This document shows, piece by piece, positions 1 through 8,401 of a stretch of 64,000 nucleotides of DNA (positions within the stretch are counted from its first letter, which is position 1; the number at the start of each line of letters is the position of its first letter). A program made the translations under genes and the position numbers. Under the pieces are notes generated by a model. That model worked only from the letters and a program-made list of their open reading frames with translations, was not told the DNA's origin and made no database searches. This stretch comes from Chloroflexia bacterium. Its GTDB lineage: Bacteria > Chloroflexota > Chloroflexia > DTKN01. The stretch covers positions 364-64,363 of the forward strand of contig JBMFNL010000001.1 in NCBI GenBank assembly GCA_049970175.1. Direction: 5' to 3'.

Positions 1-2609
1 GGATAGTCCACATCGTAGGTGCCGTGGGTGCCGTCGTCGAAGGAGATGGTGCCCAGGCCGGTGAAGATGCCTCCGGCACCGGCCGCCTGGTAGGTCTGGG
101 CATCATCGCTTACGTAATCGGCCTTGAGGTAGGTATTGTAAAAGGCCGGCCCGCCGCCCCGATAGTCCAGGTCCCAGCCGATCTCCGCCCCGCTCACCAA
201 GAGCCGGCCTCCACCGTTCAGGAAGGCGCTTACCAGGGCTTGCTCGGTGGTGTCAAAGGTCTTGTCGGCGGTGGACTCCTCCCCCAGAATCCAGTCCACC
301 GTGCCGTAATCCGTCAGAGCCACGTCGCCGGCGATGACGGCCTCGTTGGCGGCAAAGTCGAAGGAGACGTCGCAGGCCTCCAGGGCCCGGCCGTGCTGGA
401 CGGCGTAATCGTAGGTGTTCATCCGCTCCAGGTACATCCGGCCGATGGTGCCGACGTAAGGGGTGTCCTCATAGATCAGGCCGAAGCGGTCCAGCCGGTC
501 GAAGCCGTCCACGAGGAGCGTCTGGGGGCGGGAGCCGTCGGCGGTGGTGCGCACCGCCGCCGTCAGGCAGGGGAACGATTCGCCGCCCTCGTTCAGGGCG
601 GTGATGCGGAAGAAGTAGAGGGTGTTGGGGGCCAGGCCCTCGATCGTCGCCTGGGTCGCGGTGAAGGCGCGGCCGTTGTCGAAGCCGTGCCCCTCGGTGC
701 CCACATAGACCTTGTACCACTGCGCCGGGTCGCCCCAGGGGTCGCCGGAAACGGGGGCGTGCCAGGAGAGCGTCACCCGGCCGGGGCCGTCGTTCCGGGC
801 GCTCACGTAGCAGGGTGGCTCGGGGAGGAGGCGAACGGGGAGGCCGTCGCGGTCGGCAAAGTACTTGACGATGCCCTGGTAGACGGCCCGGGCGGAAAGG
901 CGGCGGAAGGCCGGCTCCTTGAGGTCCTCGGCGTCGGCCGGGGTATCGTGAAAGGCCAGTTCGATGAGCACGCCGGGCATGGTGGAGAGTTCGCGCAGTT
1001 CGCCAAAGTTGGCCGAACGCCTGCCCCGATCCACCCAGGACGGGTCCCAGAGGGCACGGATGTCGGCGATGAGTTCGCTATGGACAAAGTACTGCAGGGC
1101 GTCGCTTCCCGGGGTGGGGTCGGTGTCGTGGATGTAGGTTTCGGTGCCGGTGGCCGTGCCGCTGCAATCGCCGACGGTGCCGTTCGAGTGCCAGGAGATG
1201 TAGACGGCGTCCTCGCCGGGCTCTTTTTCCCACTCGGCATAAAGCGGCCGGCAGACGACATCGTTGGGGTAGACTTCGGGCGGGGCGCCCTGGTAAGGCG
1301 CCCAGGTCAGGCAGGCCTCCTCATAGCGCGGCCGGTTGCTCGTCCCCCCGCCGTAGTCGATGCTCCCCATCCCCCCGCCGATGCGGACGGCGTCGGCGAT
1401 GACGGCCTGGCCCGGCTCCTCCGACTGATTGCTCAGGGTGATGGAACCCGAGGTGCCGGCGGTGAAGTAATAGGTGCCCAGGTAGCGCCAGGTCAGGCCG
1501 TGTACTTCCTGGTTCAGGCGCACCTCGGTCGTTCCGCCGGCGTGGTGGATGCGGTAGAGGGCGTCGGTGGGCCGATTGGTTCCGTGGCGATACCAGACAT
1601 AGACGCCGTAGTAGCCGTCCTGGGGGATGGTGGGATACCATGTGGCGGTAGCCGTCTCGGTAATGCTGGCCCAGGTATAGCGGTAGGTGCCGCCCCCGTA
1701 GCCGGGGTAGGAACTGGTATACCAGGTTCCCGTTTCCTGGTAGGCCGGCGCACCGGCGTCGTTGTCCACGATCACTTCGTCCCGGTTCATATCGCGTTCG
1801 CGCACCGTCCAGACGTCGGCCCCGGCGTTCCAGAGGTAGCGGATGAGGAAATAGTTCACCGCCTCGGCGTTGGAGAGGTCTTCCACCAGGTCGCAGGTAT
1901 TGCCCCGCTGGGTGGCCCAGCGGGTGCCGGTCCAGTACCAGCCGTGGCCGGCGCTTATAAAGACGGTCTTGCCGCTCAAGGCCCCCTGGGGCTGGCCCTG
2001 GCCGTAGATGGGGGGCTGGCCCGCGACCGTCCCGCGCTCCGGCGGGGCCGGGATATCGTCCGGAGGAGACGCCTTTTGCACGTGGGGAAGGAGGGGTAGA
2101 AAGTCGGAGATCGGCCGGGCGCGGTGGGGAGGTCGAGGATCGGGGGTCAGGAGGTGGAAGCGACGAAAGCCCAGGGCCTCCAGGGTGCAGACGGCCTGGG
2201 TGACCATGTCGTCGCTTCCCTGGAAGGTGAGGCCGTCCTGGAGGAAAGAGCGGGGCAGGGCGAGGGTGAGGGTGACTTCATCGCCCCGGGCCGTCAGGGA
2301 GAGGAGGGCGGCCCCCGCGGGGAAGGCGGAGGCCAGTCCGCGGGAGCGTTCCTCCGGGGTGGGGCCGGCCAGGAGTGCGGCGGCCAGGGTGCGGGCGGCC
2401 TCCTCCGGGTCGGGGGAGAGGGCCAGAGGGCGTTCCACCTGGGCCGGCTGACCCTGGTAGAGGAAGCAGATCCGAGGGCCGGCCGGCGGCAAGGCCGGCG
2501 CAGGGCCGGGCGACGGGGAAGCCGAGTGGGCGCCGAGAGATGGCCGGTGGCCCCCCAGGGCGGTCAGGAGGAGGAAGCACAGAACCCAGCGCAGTCTGAG
2601 CGTCCGCAT
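1..2609 (-). CDS. Secreted cell-wall hydrolase-like protein, partial (3' end beyond window start): signal peptide + Amidase_3-like N-acetylmuramoyl-L-alanine amidase motifs + FN3-like/beta-rich C-terminal region
   Basis: Minus-strand frame is open from ATG at 2609-2607 (SD GGAGGT 5 nt upstream) to window edge, so the ORF table misses it. Translation begins MRTLRLRWVLCFLLLTALG (signal peptide). Amidase_3-like motifs present: FISAGHGWY, ISWHSNG, VLIELAFHDTPADAEDL. The listed + ORF 24..2099 is its G/A/V-rich antisense shadow. Confidence 0.6.
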   Translation of the reverse strand, partial: MRTLRLRWVLCFLLLTALGGHRPSLGAHSASPSPGPAPALPPAGPRICFLYQGQPAQVERPLALSPDPEEAARTLAAALLAGPTPEERSRGLASAFPAGAALLSLTARGDEVTLTLALPRSFLQDGLTFQGSDDMVTQAVCTLEALGFRRFHLLTPDPRPPHRARPISDFLPLLPHVQKASPPDDIPAPPERGTVAGQPPIYGQGQPQGALSGKTVFISAGHGWYWTGTRWATQRGNTCDLVEDLSNAEAVNYFLIRYLWNAGADVWTVRERDMNRDEVIVDNDAGAPAYQETGTWYTSSYPGYGGGTYRYTWASITETATATWYPTIPQDGYYGVYVWYRHGTNRPTDALYRIHHAGGTTEVRLNQEVHGLTWRYLGTYYFTAGTSGSITLSNQSEEPGQAVIADAVRIGGGMGSIDYGGGTSNRPRYEEACLTWAPYQGAPPEVYPNDVVCRPLYAEWEKEPGEDAVYISWHSNGTVGDCSGTATGTETYIHDTDPTPGSDALQYFVHSELIADIRALWDPSWVDRGRRSANFGELRELSTMPGVLIELAFHDTPADAEDLKEPAFRRLSARAVYQGIVKYFADRDGLPVRLLPEPPCYVSARNDGPGRVTLSWHAPVSGDPWGDPAQWYKVYVGTEGHGFDNGRAFTATQATIEGLAPNTLYFFRITALNEGGESFPCLTAAVRTTADGSRPQTLLVDGFDRLDRFGLIYEDTPYVGTIGRMYLERMNTYDYAVQHGRALEACDVSFDFAANEAVIAGDVALTDYGTVDWILGEESTADKTFDTTEQALVSAFLNGGGRLLVSGAEIGWDLDYRGGGPAFYNTYLKADYVSDDAQTYQAAGAGGIFTGLGTISFDDGTHGTYDVDY

Positions 2610-2657
2610 CTTACCTCCGAGAAGGATAATAGGTAACCCAGCAGATTCTCGGCCCGC

Positions 2658-2693
2658 CTGTCAAGTTGGCAAACAGGGCAAGAAGGGCTATAA
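2658..2693 (+). promoter_or_regulatory. sigma70-like promoter for tRNA-Arg (TTGGCA-17-TATAAT)
   Basis: cTTGGCAaacagggcaagaagggcTATAATatccgg lies immediately upstream of the tRNA 5' end. Confidence 0.4.
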
Positions 2694-2705
2694 TATCCGG
2701 CAGAA

Positions 2706-2779
2706 GCCCCAGTAGCTCAAGCGGATAGAGCGGCTGCCTTCTAAGCAGCGGGTCGGGGGTTCGAATCCCTCCTGGGGCG
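2706..2779 (+). tRNA. tRNA-Arg (anticodon TCT)
   Basis: Cloverleaf: GCCCCAG acceptor, GCTC/GAGC D-stem, anticodon stem GCTGC/GCAGC with loop CTTCTAA, TTCGAAT T-loop, 3' CTGGGGC. Confidence 0.85.
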
Positions 2780-2881
2780 CTGCCAGAGGGCTTCTGGATA
2801 CGCAGTTTCGCAAGTTGCATCGGTTTGACAAATCGACCTACAGCCGGCATTTCAGCCTTCCCACCGAACTTGCCGGGAACG

Positions 2882-4822
2882 TCAGGCGGGATGTGGTGCC
2901 GAGGCCTCGGCCGGCACTACCTCGGCTGACGGCTCGGCCTCCAACATCAGCCACAGTTCGGGGAAGCGCCGGCGAATCTGGCGGACGATGCCCTCGGGCG
3001 AAAGGTCCAGGGAGGCCCGGACCTCCTGCTGCGGCCCATGGTGGATGAAGCGATCGGGAATGCCGATACGCAGGAACTCGCGGCCGGCCGTGAGCACCTT
3101 GCGCTCGTAGAACTCTAGCACCGCGCTGCCAAAGCCGCCCGAAAGGACGTTTTCCTCCACGGTCACGATGCGCCGGAAGTTGCGGGCCAGGCCGTAGAGG
3201 AGGGCCTTGTCCAGCGGCTTGACGAAGCGGGCGTTGACCACCGCCGCCTCAATCCCTTCTCGGGCCAGAAGTTCGGCCGCCTGCAGCGCCGGATAGACCA
3301 TGGAGCCGACGGCCACCAGCGCCAGCGCCCCGCCGGCCCCCCGACGCACCACCTCGCCCATCCCCAGCGGAAGGGTCACCCGACCCTCGTCCAGCGGCAC
3401 CCCTACGCCGGCTCCCCGGGGATAGCGAATCGCCACCGGGCCCTCCACCTCCAGCGCCGTCCAGAGCATGCGCTGCAACTCGCATTCGTCCTTGGGGGCC
3501 ATCACCACCAGGTTGGGGATGTGCCGCAGGTAGGAGAGGTCGAAGACGCCGTTGTGCGTGGCCCCATCATCGCCCACGATGCCGGCCCGGTCCAGAGCGA
3601 AGATGACCGGCAGGTTCTGGAGCGCCACGTCGTGGACGATCTGATCGTAGGCCCGCTGCAGGAAGGTCGAGTAGATGGCCACCACCGGCCGAAAGCCCTC
3701 CGTGGCCAGCCCGGCGGCAAAGGTGACGGCGTGCTCCTCGGCGATGCCCACGTCGAAGAAACGCTCGGGAAAACACCGGGAGAACTCCACCAGCCCGGTG
3801 CCGTCCGGCATGGCGGCGGTGATGGCCACGACCCGCGGGTCCGCTTCGGCCATGCGCACGAGCGTCTGCCCAAAGACGCGGCTGTAGGAAGGGGCGGGGC
3901 CTTTGGCCTCCCCGTTCGGGGCCACGCCGTGGAAGTTGGTGGGGTCTTTTTCGGCCGGCTCGTAGCCCTTGCCCTTGGTCGTGTAGACGTGCACCAGCAC
4001 CGGCCCCTGCACACGCCGGGCGGCGCGCAGGGTGAAGATGAGGTCGCGGAGGTTGTGCCCGTCCACCGGGCCGATGTAGATAAAGCCCATCTCTTCCCAG
4101 ATGCGGGTGGGAATGAGCAGTTCCTTGAAACTGCTCTTCAGGCGACGGAGAAAGGCCAGGATGGGGAGGCCCAGGAGCGGGACGCGGCGCAGGAAACGCT
4201 CGACCCAGCCCTTGAGGAAGTGGTAGCCGGGGCTGGAACGCAGCCGGTTCAGGTAACGCGAAATCGCCCCCACGTTGGGGGCGATGGACATGCCGTTATC
4301 GTTCAACACGACGATGAGCCGGCCGTTCAGGTGGCCGGCGTTGTTCAGCCCCTCGTACGACAGGCCGCAGGTCATCGCCCCATCCCCGACCACGGCCACC
4401 ACATCGAAATCCTCCCCCTTCAGGTCGCGGGCGCGGGCGATGCCCAGGGCGGCCGAGATGGCCGTCCCGGCATGGCCGGCCCCGAAGGGGTCGTGGGGGC
4501 TCTCGGCCCGCTGGGTAAAGCCGCTCAGCCCGCCGGCCTGGCGAATGGTGCGGAAACGCGCCTTCCGCCCGGTCAGGAGTTTGTGCACATAGGCCTGATG
4601 CCCCACGTCCCAGATGATCTTGTCCTGGGGGCTATTGAACACCACGTGCAGGGCCACGGTCAGTTCGACCACGCCCAGGTTCGAGGCCAGATGGCCGCCG
4701 GTCTGCGGCACCACCTCGATGAGTTCCTGGCGAATTTCCGCCACCAGGTGGCGCAGTTCACGCCAGGAAAGCCGCTTCAGGTCGGCCGGGCCGTTCACCC
4801 GATCCAGGACGCGCTGCCCCAT
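2882..4822 (-). CDS. dxs: 1-deoxy-D-xylulose-5-phosphate synthase
   Basis: Translation MGQRVLDRVNGPADLKRLS...GDGAMTCGLSYEGLNNAG...; TPP-binding and transketolase-like motifs. Internal ATG at 4822 with GGAGGTG SD; the listed ORF extends upstream into junk. Confidence 0.9.
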   Translation of the reverse strand: MGQRVLDRVNGPADLKRLSWRELRHLVAEIRQELIEVVPQTGGHLASNLGVVELTVALHVVFNSPQDKIIWDVGHQAYVHKLLTGRKARFRTIRQAGGLSGFTQRAESPHDPFGAGHAGTAISAALGIARARDLKGEDFDVVAVVGDGAMTCGLSYEGLNNAGHLNGRLIVVLNDNGMSIAPNVGAISRYLNRLRSSPGYHFLKGWVERFLRRVPLLGLPILAFLRRLKSSFKELLIPTRIWEEMGFIYIGPVDGHNLRDLIFTLRAARRVQGPVLVHVYTTKGKGYEPAEKDPTNFHGVAPNGEAKGPAPSYSRVFGQTLVRMAEADPRVVAITAAMPDGTGLVEFSRCFPERFFDVGIAEEHAVTFAAGLATEGFRPVVAIYSTFLQRAYDQIVHDVALQNLPVIFALDRAGIVGDDGATHNGVFDLSYLRHIPNLVVMAPKDECELQRMLWTALEVEGPVAIRYPRGAGVGVPLDEGRVTLPLGMGEVVRRGAGGALALVAVGSMVYPALQAAELLAREGIEAAVVNARFVKPLDKALLYGLARNFRRIVTVEENVLSGGFGSAVLEFYERKVLTAGREFLRIGIPDRFIHHGPQQEVRASLDLSPEGIVRQIRRRFPELWLMLEAEPSAEVVPAEASAPHPA

Positions 4823-4952
4823 CGTACACCTCCGCGAACCCAACACCAGCACAGGCCGGCCAGGCCCCTCTCCGCACCGGGCCAGGCAGGCCGTCCGCCT
4901 TTCCCTGCCGGGGAAAAGGGAACCTGGCCGGAGAAAAGGAGGGCCGCCGGAT

Positions 4953-5228
4953 TCAGCCCTGCGGCTGCTCCCGGCAGGCCCGTATCTCCTGCTCCAGACG
5001 AAAGATCTCCGCCCGCAGACGCCGGCGCTCGACCTGCAGGGCCGGAAGCGTCGCGCTCCGGGCCACCTGCAGCCGTTCTCGCTCGCGCCCACGGCTGCGG
5101 GAGAGTTCGGCCTGAAGGCGGGCGATCTGTTCCTCGACCCGGCGCTCCTCCTGCCGCAGCCGTTGCAACTCCTCCTGCAACTGCTGCAGCCGGCCGGCGC
5201 TTTCCTCTGAAGCCGTACATTCCGCCAT
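4953..5228 (-). CDS. Small coiled-coil protein (hypothetical)
   Basis: Heptad-rich translation MAECTASEESAGRLQQLQEELQRLRQEERRVEEQIARLQ...; AAAGGA SD 5 nt before the ATG; GC3-rich codons. It lies between dxs and tRNA-Arg, and the longer listed ORF overlaps the tRNA. Confidence 0.3.
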   Translation of the reverse strand: MAECTASEESAGRLQQLQEELQRLRQEERRVEEQIARLQAELSRSRGRERERLQVARSATLPALQVERRRLRAEIFRLEQEIRACREQPQG

Positions 5229-5244
5229 CTTGCCCATCCTTTCA

Positions 5245-5318
5245 TGCGCCCGGAGGGATTCGAACCCCCAACCCTCGATTCCGAAGACCGATGCTCTATC
5301 CCGTTGAGCTACGGGCGC
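5245..5318 (-). tRNA. tRNA-Arg (anticodon TCG)
   Basis: Reverse complement GCGCCCGTAGCTCAACGGGATAGAGCATCGGTCTTCGGAATCGAGGGTTGGGGGTTCGAATCCCTCCGGGCGCA; anticodon loop CTTCGGA. Confidence 0.8.
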
Positions 5319-5368
5319 ACCCATCCAGGCGAAACCGATTATAACACCGCTTCCGCCAAATGTCCACT

Positions 5369-5905
5369 TCAAAGTTTGCTCTTGATCCCGTAGACATACC
5401 CGCCCCGCAGACCGGCCAGTTCCTGGGTATAGATAAAGGCCCGCGGGTCCACCTGGGTGACCGCCTGAATCAGCCGGGGCAACCGGCGCGTCTCACAGAT
5501 GACCGTCAACACATCCACCGGTCCATCCCGCCCTTCCCCGGTGTAGCGGGTCAGGGCAAAGCCGGCTTCCCGCACGGCCGCCTCCACCTGCTCCACCGGC
5601 TCATGGACGATCACCGTGGCTTCCACCACCCTCCGCCCCATGCGCTCGCTCAGCACCATGCCCAGGAGCGTCCCCACGGCAAAGCCGCCGGCATAGGCCA
5701 GGACGTTGAACCAGTTGCCGATGTCCTGGATGACCCGGCTCACCACCAGGATGTAGATCACAATCTCCACGAAGCCGACCAGGGAGGCCAGGAGTTTGCG
5801 CCGGCGCACGATCAACTGCACCCGCATCGTGCCCAGACCGACATCGGCCACCCGTGCCGCAAAGATCAAAAAGGCCCAGAGCAAAGCCGACCAGAAGTCA
5901 GACAT
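5369..5905 (-). CDS. DUF2179/UPF0316-family membrane protein
   Basis: 178 aa. N-terminal TM helices (LLWAFLIFAARVADVGLGTMRV...) followed by a DUF2179-like C-terminal domain. Overlaps the tsaC stop by 8 bp. Confidence 0.65.
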   Translation of the reverse strand: MSDFWSALLWAFLIFAARVADVGLGTMRVQLIVRRRKLLASLVGFVEIVIYILVVSRVIQDIGNWFNVLAYAGGFAVGTLLGMVLSERMGRRVVEATVIVHEPVEQVEAAVREAGFALTRYTGEGRDGPVDVLTVICETRRLPRLIQAVTQVDPRAFIYTQELAGLRGGYVYGIKSKL

Positions 5906-6572
5906 CCTCGCCTCCCAGAACTTTCCGCTGGAGGACGGAAGCGATCTCGGCCGCCGAGACCGGGCCGGCCCGCAGGATGCGGGGCGGCTCCACCGTCAGG
6001 TCCAGGAGGGTGGAGGGACGGGCCTGGGGACATTTCCCCCCATCCAGGATGAGGGGAAGGCATCCCTCCAGTTGTGCCCGCACCCCGGCGGCGGTGGCCG
6101 GCGCAGGCTCCCCGGAGCGGTTGGCGCTGCTGGAGGCCAGCGGCCGCCCCAGGCGGCGGGCGAGTTCGCGGGGGAGCGGGTGGTCCGGCAGGCGCACGGC
6201 CACGGTGGGCCGCCCCCCGGTCACCCGGTCTGGAACCCCGGGCCGTTTCCAGAGCACCAGCGTCAGCGGCCCGGGCCAGAAGCGCTCCGCCAGATGCCAG
6301 GCTTCGTCCGGCACCTCGCGGCATACCGCCTCCATATCGGCAGCCTCGGCCAGGAGGAGCGGCAAGGCCAGTTCGGCGGGCCGGCCCTTGACCTGGTACA
6401 GCCGCTCTACCGCCGCTTCAAGGTCCATCCGCACGCCCAGGCCGTAGACCGTGTCGGTCGGGAAGGCCACCACCTCTCCCCGGCGCAACCAGGCCAGGGC
6501 TTCCTCTAACGCCTCCGGCTCCTCCACCCGGAGGACCACCGTCGTCCAGAAAGGGGTCCCCTCCATCACCAT
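5898..6572 (-). CDS. tsaC: L-threonylcarbamoyladenylate synthase (YrdC/Sua5 family)
   Basis: MVMEGTPFWTTVVLRVEEPEALEEALAWLRRGEVVAFPTDTVYGLG... Start ATG at 6572 overlaps the stop of the upstream gene (ATGGTGA); the longer listed ORF is N-terminal junk. Confidence 0.8.
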   Translation of the reverse strand: MVMEGTPFWTTVVLRVEEPEALEEALAWLRRGEVVAFPTDTVYGLGVRMDLEAAVERLYQVKGRPAELALPLLLAEAADMEAVCREVPDEAWHLAERFWPGPLTLVLWKRPGVPDRVTGGRPTVAVRLPDHPLPRELARRLGRPLASSSANRSGEPAPATAAGVRAQLEGCLPLILDGGKCPQARPSTLLDLTVEPPRILRAGPVSAAEIASVLQRKVLGGEDV

Positions 6573-8401
6573 CCCCCCAGCAGGCCAAAGGCCTGCAACG
6601 CCAACAGGACGATGGCCAGCAGGAGCACCAGGCCGTACTCCCAGAACAGGCGGGCGGAGAGTTTCCCCTGAAAGTGATGGCGGGAGAGGCTTACCAGGAC
6701 GTAGAACACGACCAGCAGGAAGGCTCCCCCGCTCAAACCGCCGATGGCCCAGTAATTGAGCGGCCAGGTGACCTCGCCCACGGCCAGTCCCACCCCAGCA
6801 GCGTAGAGCAGCGCCTCCCCCAGGGAGGCAAAACGGCGCAGCAGGGCCAGGGCCAGCAAAAAGGTCAGCAGGACCAGGGTGGTGGACGAAAAGAGGCTGC
6901 GCAACCTCAGGGTATAGATCGCCCCGAAGAGGAAAAAGGCGGTCAGGTAGAGCCAAAGGTCCAGGAAGAAGTAACTCCATTCGCGCACCCGCGGGCGCTC
7001 GTCATAACGATAGTGCAGGGCCACCAATTCGCCCAGGAGGAAGAGCCCCGTAACTCCCAGGCCCACCGAACGTTCCACCAGGCCGGCCAGGAGACGCAGG
7101 AAGAGGAAAGCGGTCAGCGTGAGCATCACCGGCCCGATCCAGGCCACCGGGTCCAGGCGGCGATGGCGGCCGGTCGGCAACGCCTCCTCCTCCATTTCCG
7201 GCCGGACAAACTCCACGCCCACGCCCACCACCAGGAGCAGGAAGAAGAGGAGCATCCAGGCGATGGAGATGTCCACTTCCCAGCGTTCCTCCAGGGGAAT
7301 AAAGGCGTGGCGCACACCCCCGTGGAGGAGGTCGCCGTAGGCGATGTGCGGGTGGTCCCCAGGGTCCAGGGCCAGGGAAAGGGAGCCCACCCGGACGCCG
7401 CTTTCCACCGTTTGGGTCACCCAGGAGGTGCCGCTGTAGGAGAGGTAAAGCAAGCGGCTATGGGAGGCATCGAAGCAGGCCAAGTGGGGCCGGCCCTGCC
7501 CGTCCAGGGCCAGGGCACTGTATAACCCCACCGCCCCTCCGCTCAACACGGTCTCGGTGATCCAGGAGGAACCATCGTAGACCGCATACCGCAGTTCGCC
7601 TCGGCCGGCATCGTAATAGCCAATGTGCGGGCGTCCCTGAGTGTCCAGAACCAGGGAAATGTAGGCTCCCGCGCCACCCGGCCGGTCCACCCCCTCGATG
7701 AGCCAGGCGGCACCGGTGAAACGGGCGTAACGCACTTCGCCCCGGCCGGCGTCGTGATAGGCAATGTGCGGAAGCCCCCGTCCGTCCAGCGCCAGCGAGG
7801 CGTACCGGCCCACATCCCCGGCGGCGTCCACCGTCTCGGTGAACCAGGCCGTGCCGTCGAAGTAGGCGTACCGGAGGTCGCCGTCGGTCTCGTCGTAGTA
7901 GGCGATGTTCGGCCGGCCGTCCTCATCCAGGGCCAGGGAGGTGTACATGCCCACGTTTCCGCCCATGTCCACCGTCTCCGTCACCCAGGCCAGACCGTCG
8001 TAACGGGCGTATCGCAGGTTGCCCCCCTGGACGTCATAGTAACTGAGGCGCGGAAAGCCGGCCCGATCCAGCGCGATGGACGGATAGGCCCCGACCACCC
8101 CGGCGCTGTCCACCGTCTCCGTCACCCAGGCGAAGCCGTCGTAGCGGGCCACCCGGAGGTCGCCGGCGGTGGAAGCCTGATAGGCGATGTAGGGCACGCC
8201 TCCCCGGCTCAGCGCCAGCGCGCTGTAGGTCCCGACGGAGCCCTCGCTTTCCACCGTCTCCACCTGCCAGGTCGGGGCCGGCCCCAGGCGTGGCAGCGGG
8301 ATGGCCAGGGTCAGGGAGTGGATGCCCTCGACCAGGAGGATGAGCCCCAGGCCCAGGATGACGATGCCGACCAGCGGCAGAATCCGCTCATAATAGGGCA
8401 C
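6566..8401 (-). CDS. Polytopic membrane protein with seven ~46-aa propeller-like repeats (YxSLALD..GRPHIAYYD...LRYA.YDG..W..ETVD)
   Basis: N-terminal TM helix, then seven tandem repeats, then a C-terminal block of about six TM helices. Probable GTG start at ~8401 (GGAGGAGG SD); the ATG at 8533 would overlap the upstream gene by 146 bp. Translationally coupled to tsaC. Confidence 0.6.
   Translation of the reverse strand: MPYYERILPLVGIVILGLGLILLVEGIHSLTLAIPLPRLGPAPTWQVETVESEGSVGTYSALALSRGGVPYIAYQASTAGDLRVARYDGFAWVTETVDSAGVVGAYPSIALDRAGFPRLSYYDVQGGNLRYARYDGLAWVTETVDMGGNVGMYTSLALDEDGRPNIAYYDETDGDLRYAYFDGTAWFTETVDAAGDVGRYASLALDGRGLPHIAYHDAGRGEVRYARFTGAAWLIEGVDRPGGAGAYISLVLDTQGRPHIGYYDAGRGELRYAVYDGSSWITETVLSGGAVGLYSALALDGQGRPHLACFDASHSRLLYLSYSGTSWVTQTVESGVRVGSLSLALDPGDHPHIAYGDLLHGGVRHAFIPLEERWEVDISIAWMLLFFLLLVVGVGVEFVRPEMEEEALPTGRHRRLDPVAWIGPVMLTLTAFLFLRLLAGLVERSVGLGVTGLFLLGELVALHYRYDERPRVREWSYFFLDLWLYLTAFFLFGAIYTLRLRSLFSSTTLVLLTFLLALALLRRFASLGEALLYAAGVGLAVGEVTWPLNYWAIGGLSGGAFLLVVFYVLVSLSRHHFQGKLSARLFWEYGLVLLLAIVLLALQAFGLLGGW

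Noticed and set aside
24-2099. 691-aa + strand ORF (G/A/V/P-rich)
   Set aside because: It is the antisense shadow of the real minus-strand amidase-like gene, which runs off the window edge. Composition is typical of reverse-strand reading in high-GC DNA, with no SD.
2706-5318. tRNA-Arg genes as an integration site or genomic-island boundary
   Set aside because: There is no integrase, no direct repeat of a tRNA 3' end, and no compositional shift. The flanking genes are core (dxs, tsaC).
3521-5344. 607-aa + ORF opposite dxs. Similar long antisense ORFs at 26689..28902, 33723..36968, 8622..9860, 9906..11261, 51033..52391, 52946..54406.
   Set aside because: All are low-complexity (G/A/R/P-rich) reverse-strand shadows of well-supported genes (dxs, pckG, LTD/PLD, FAD oxidoreductase, tnaA, TGS-kinase, pyk). 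None has a recognisable domain.
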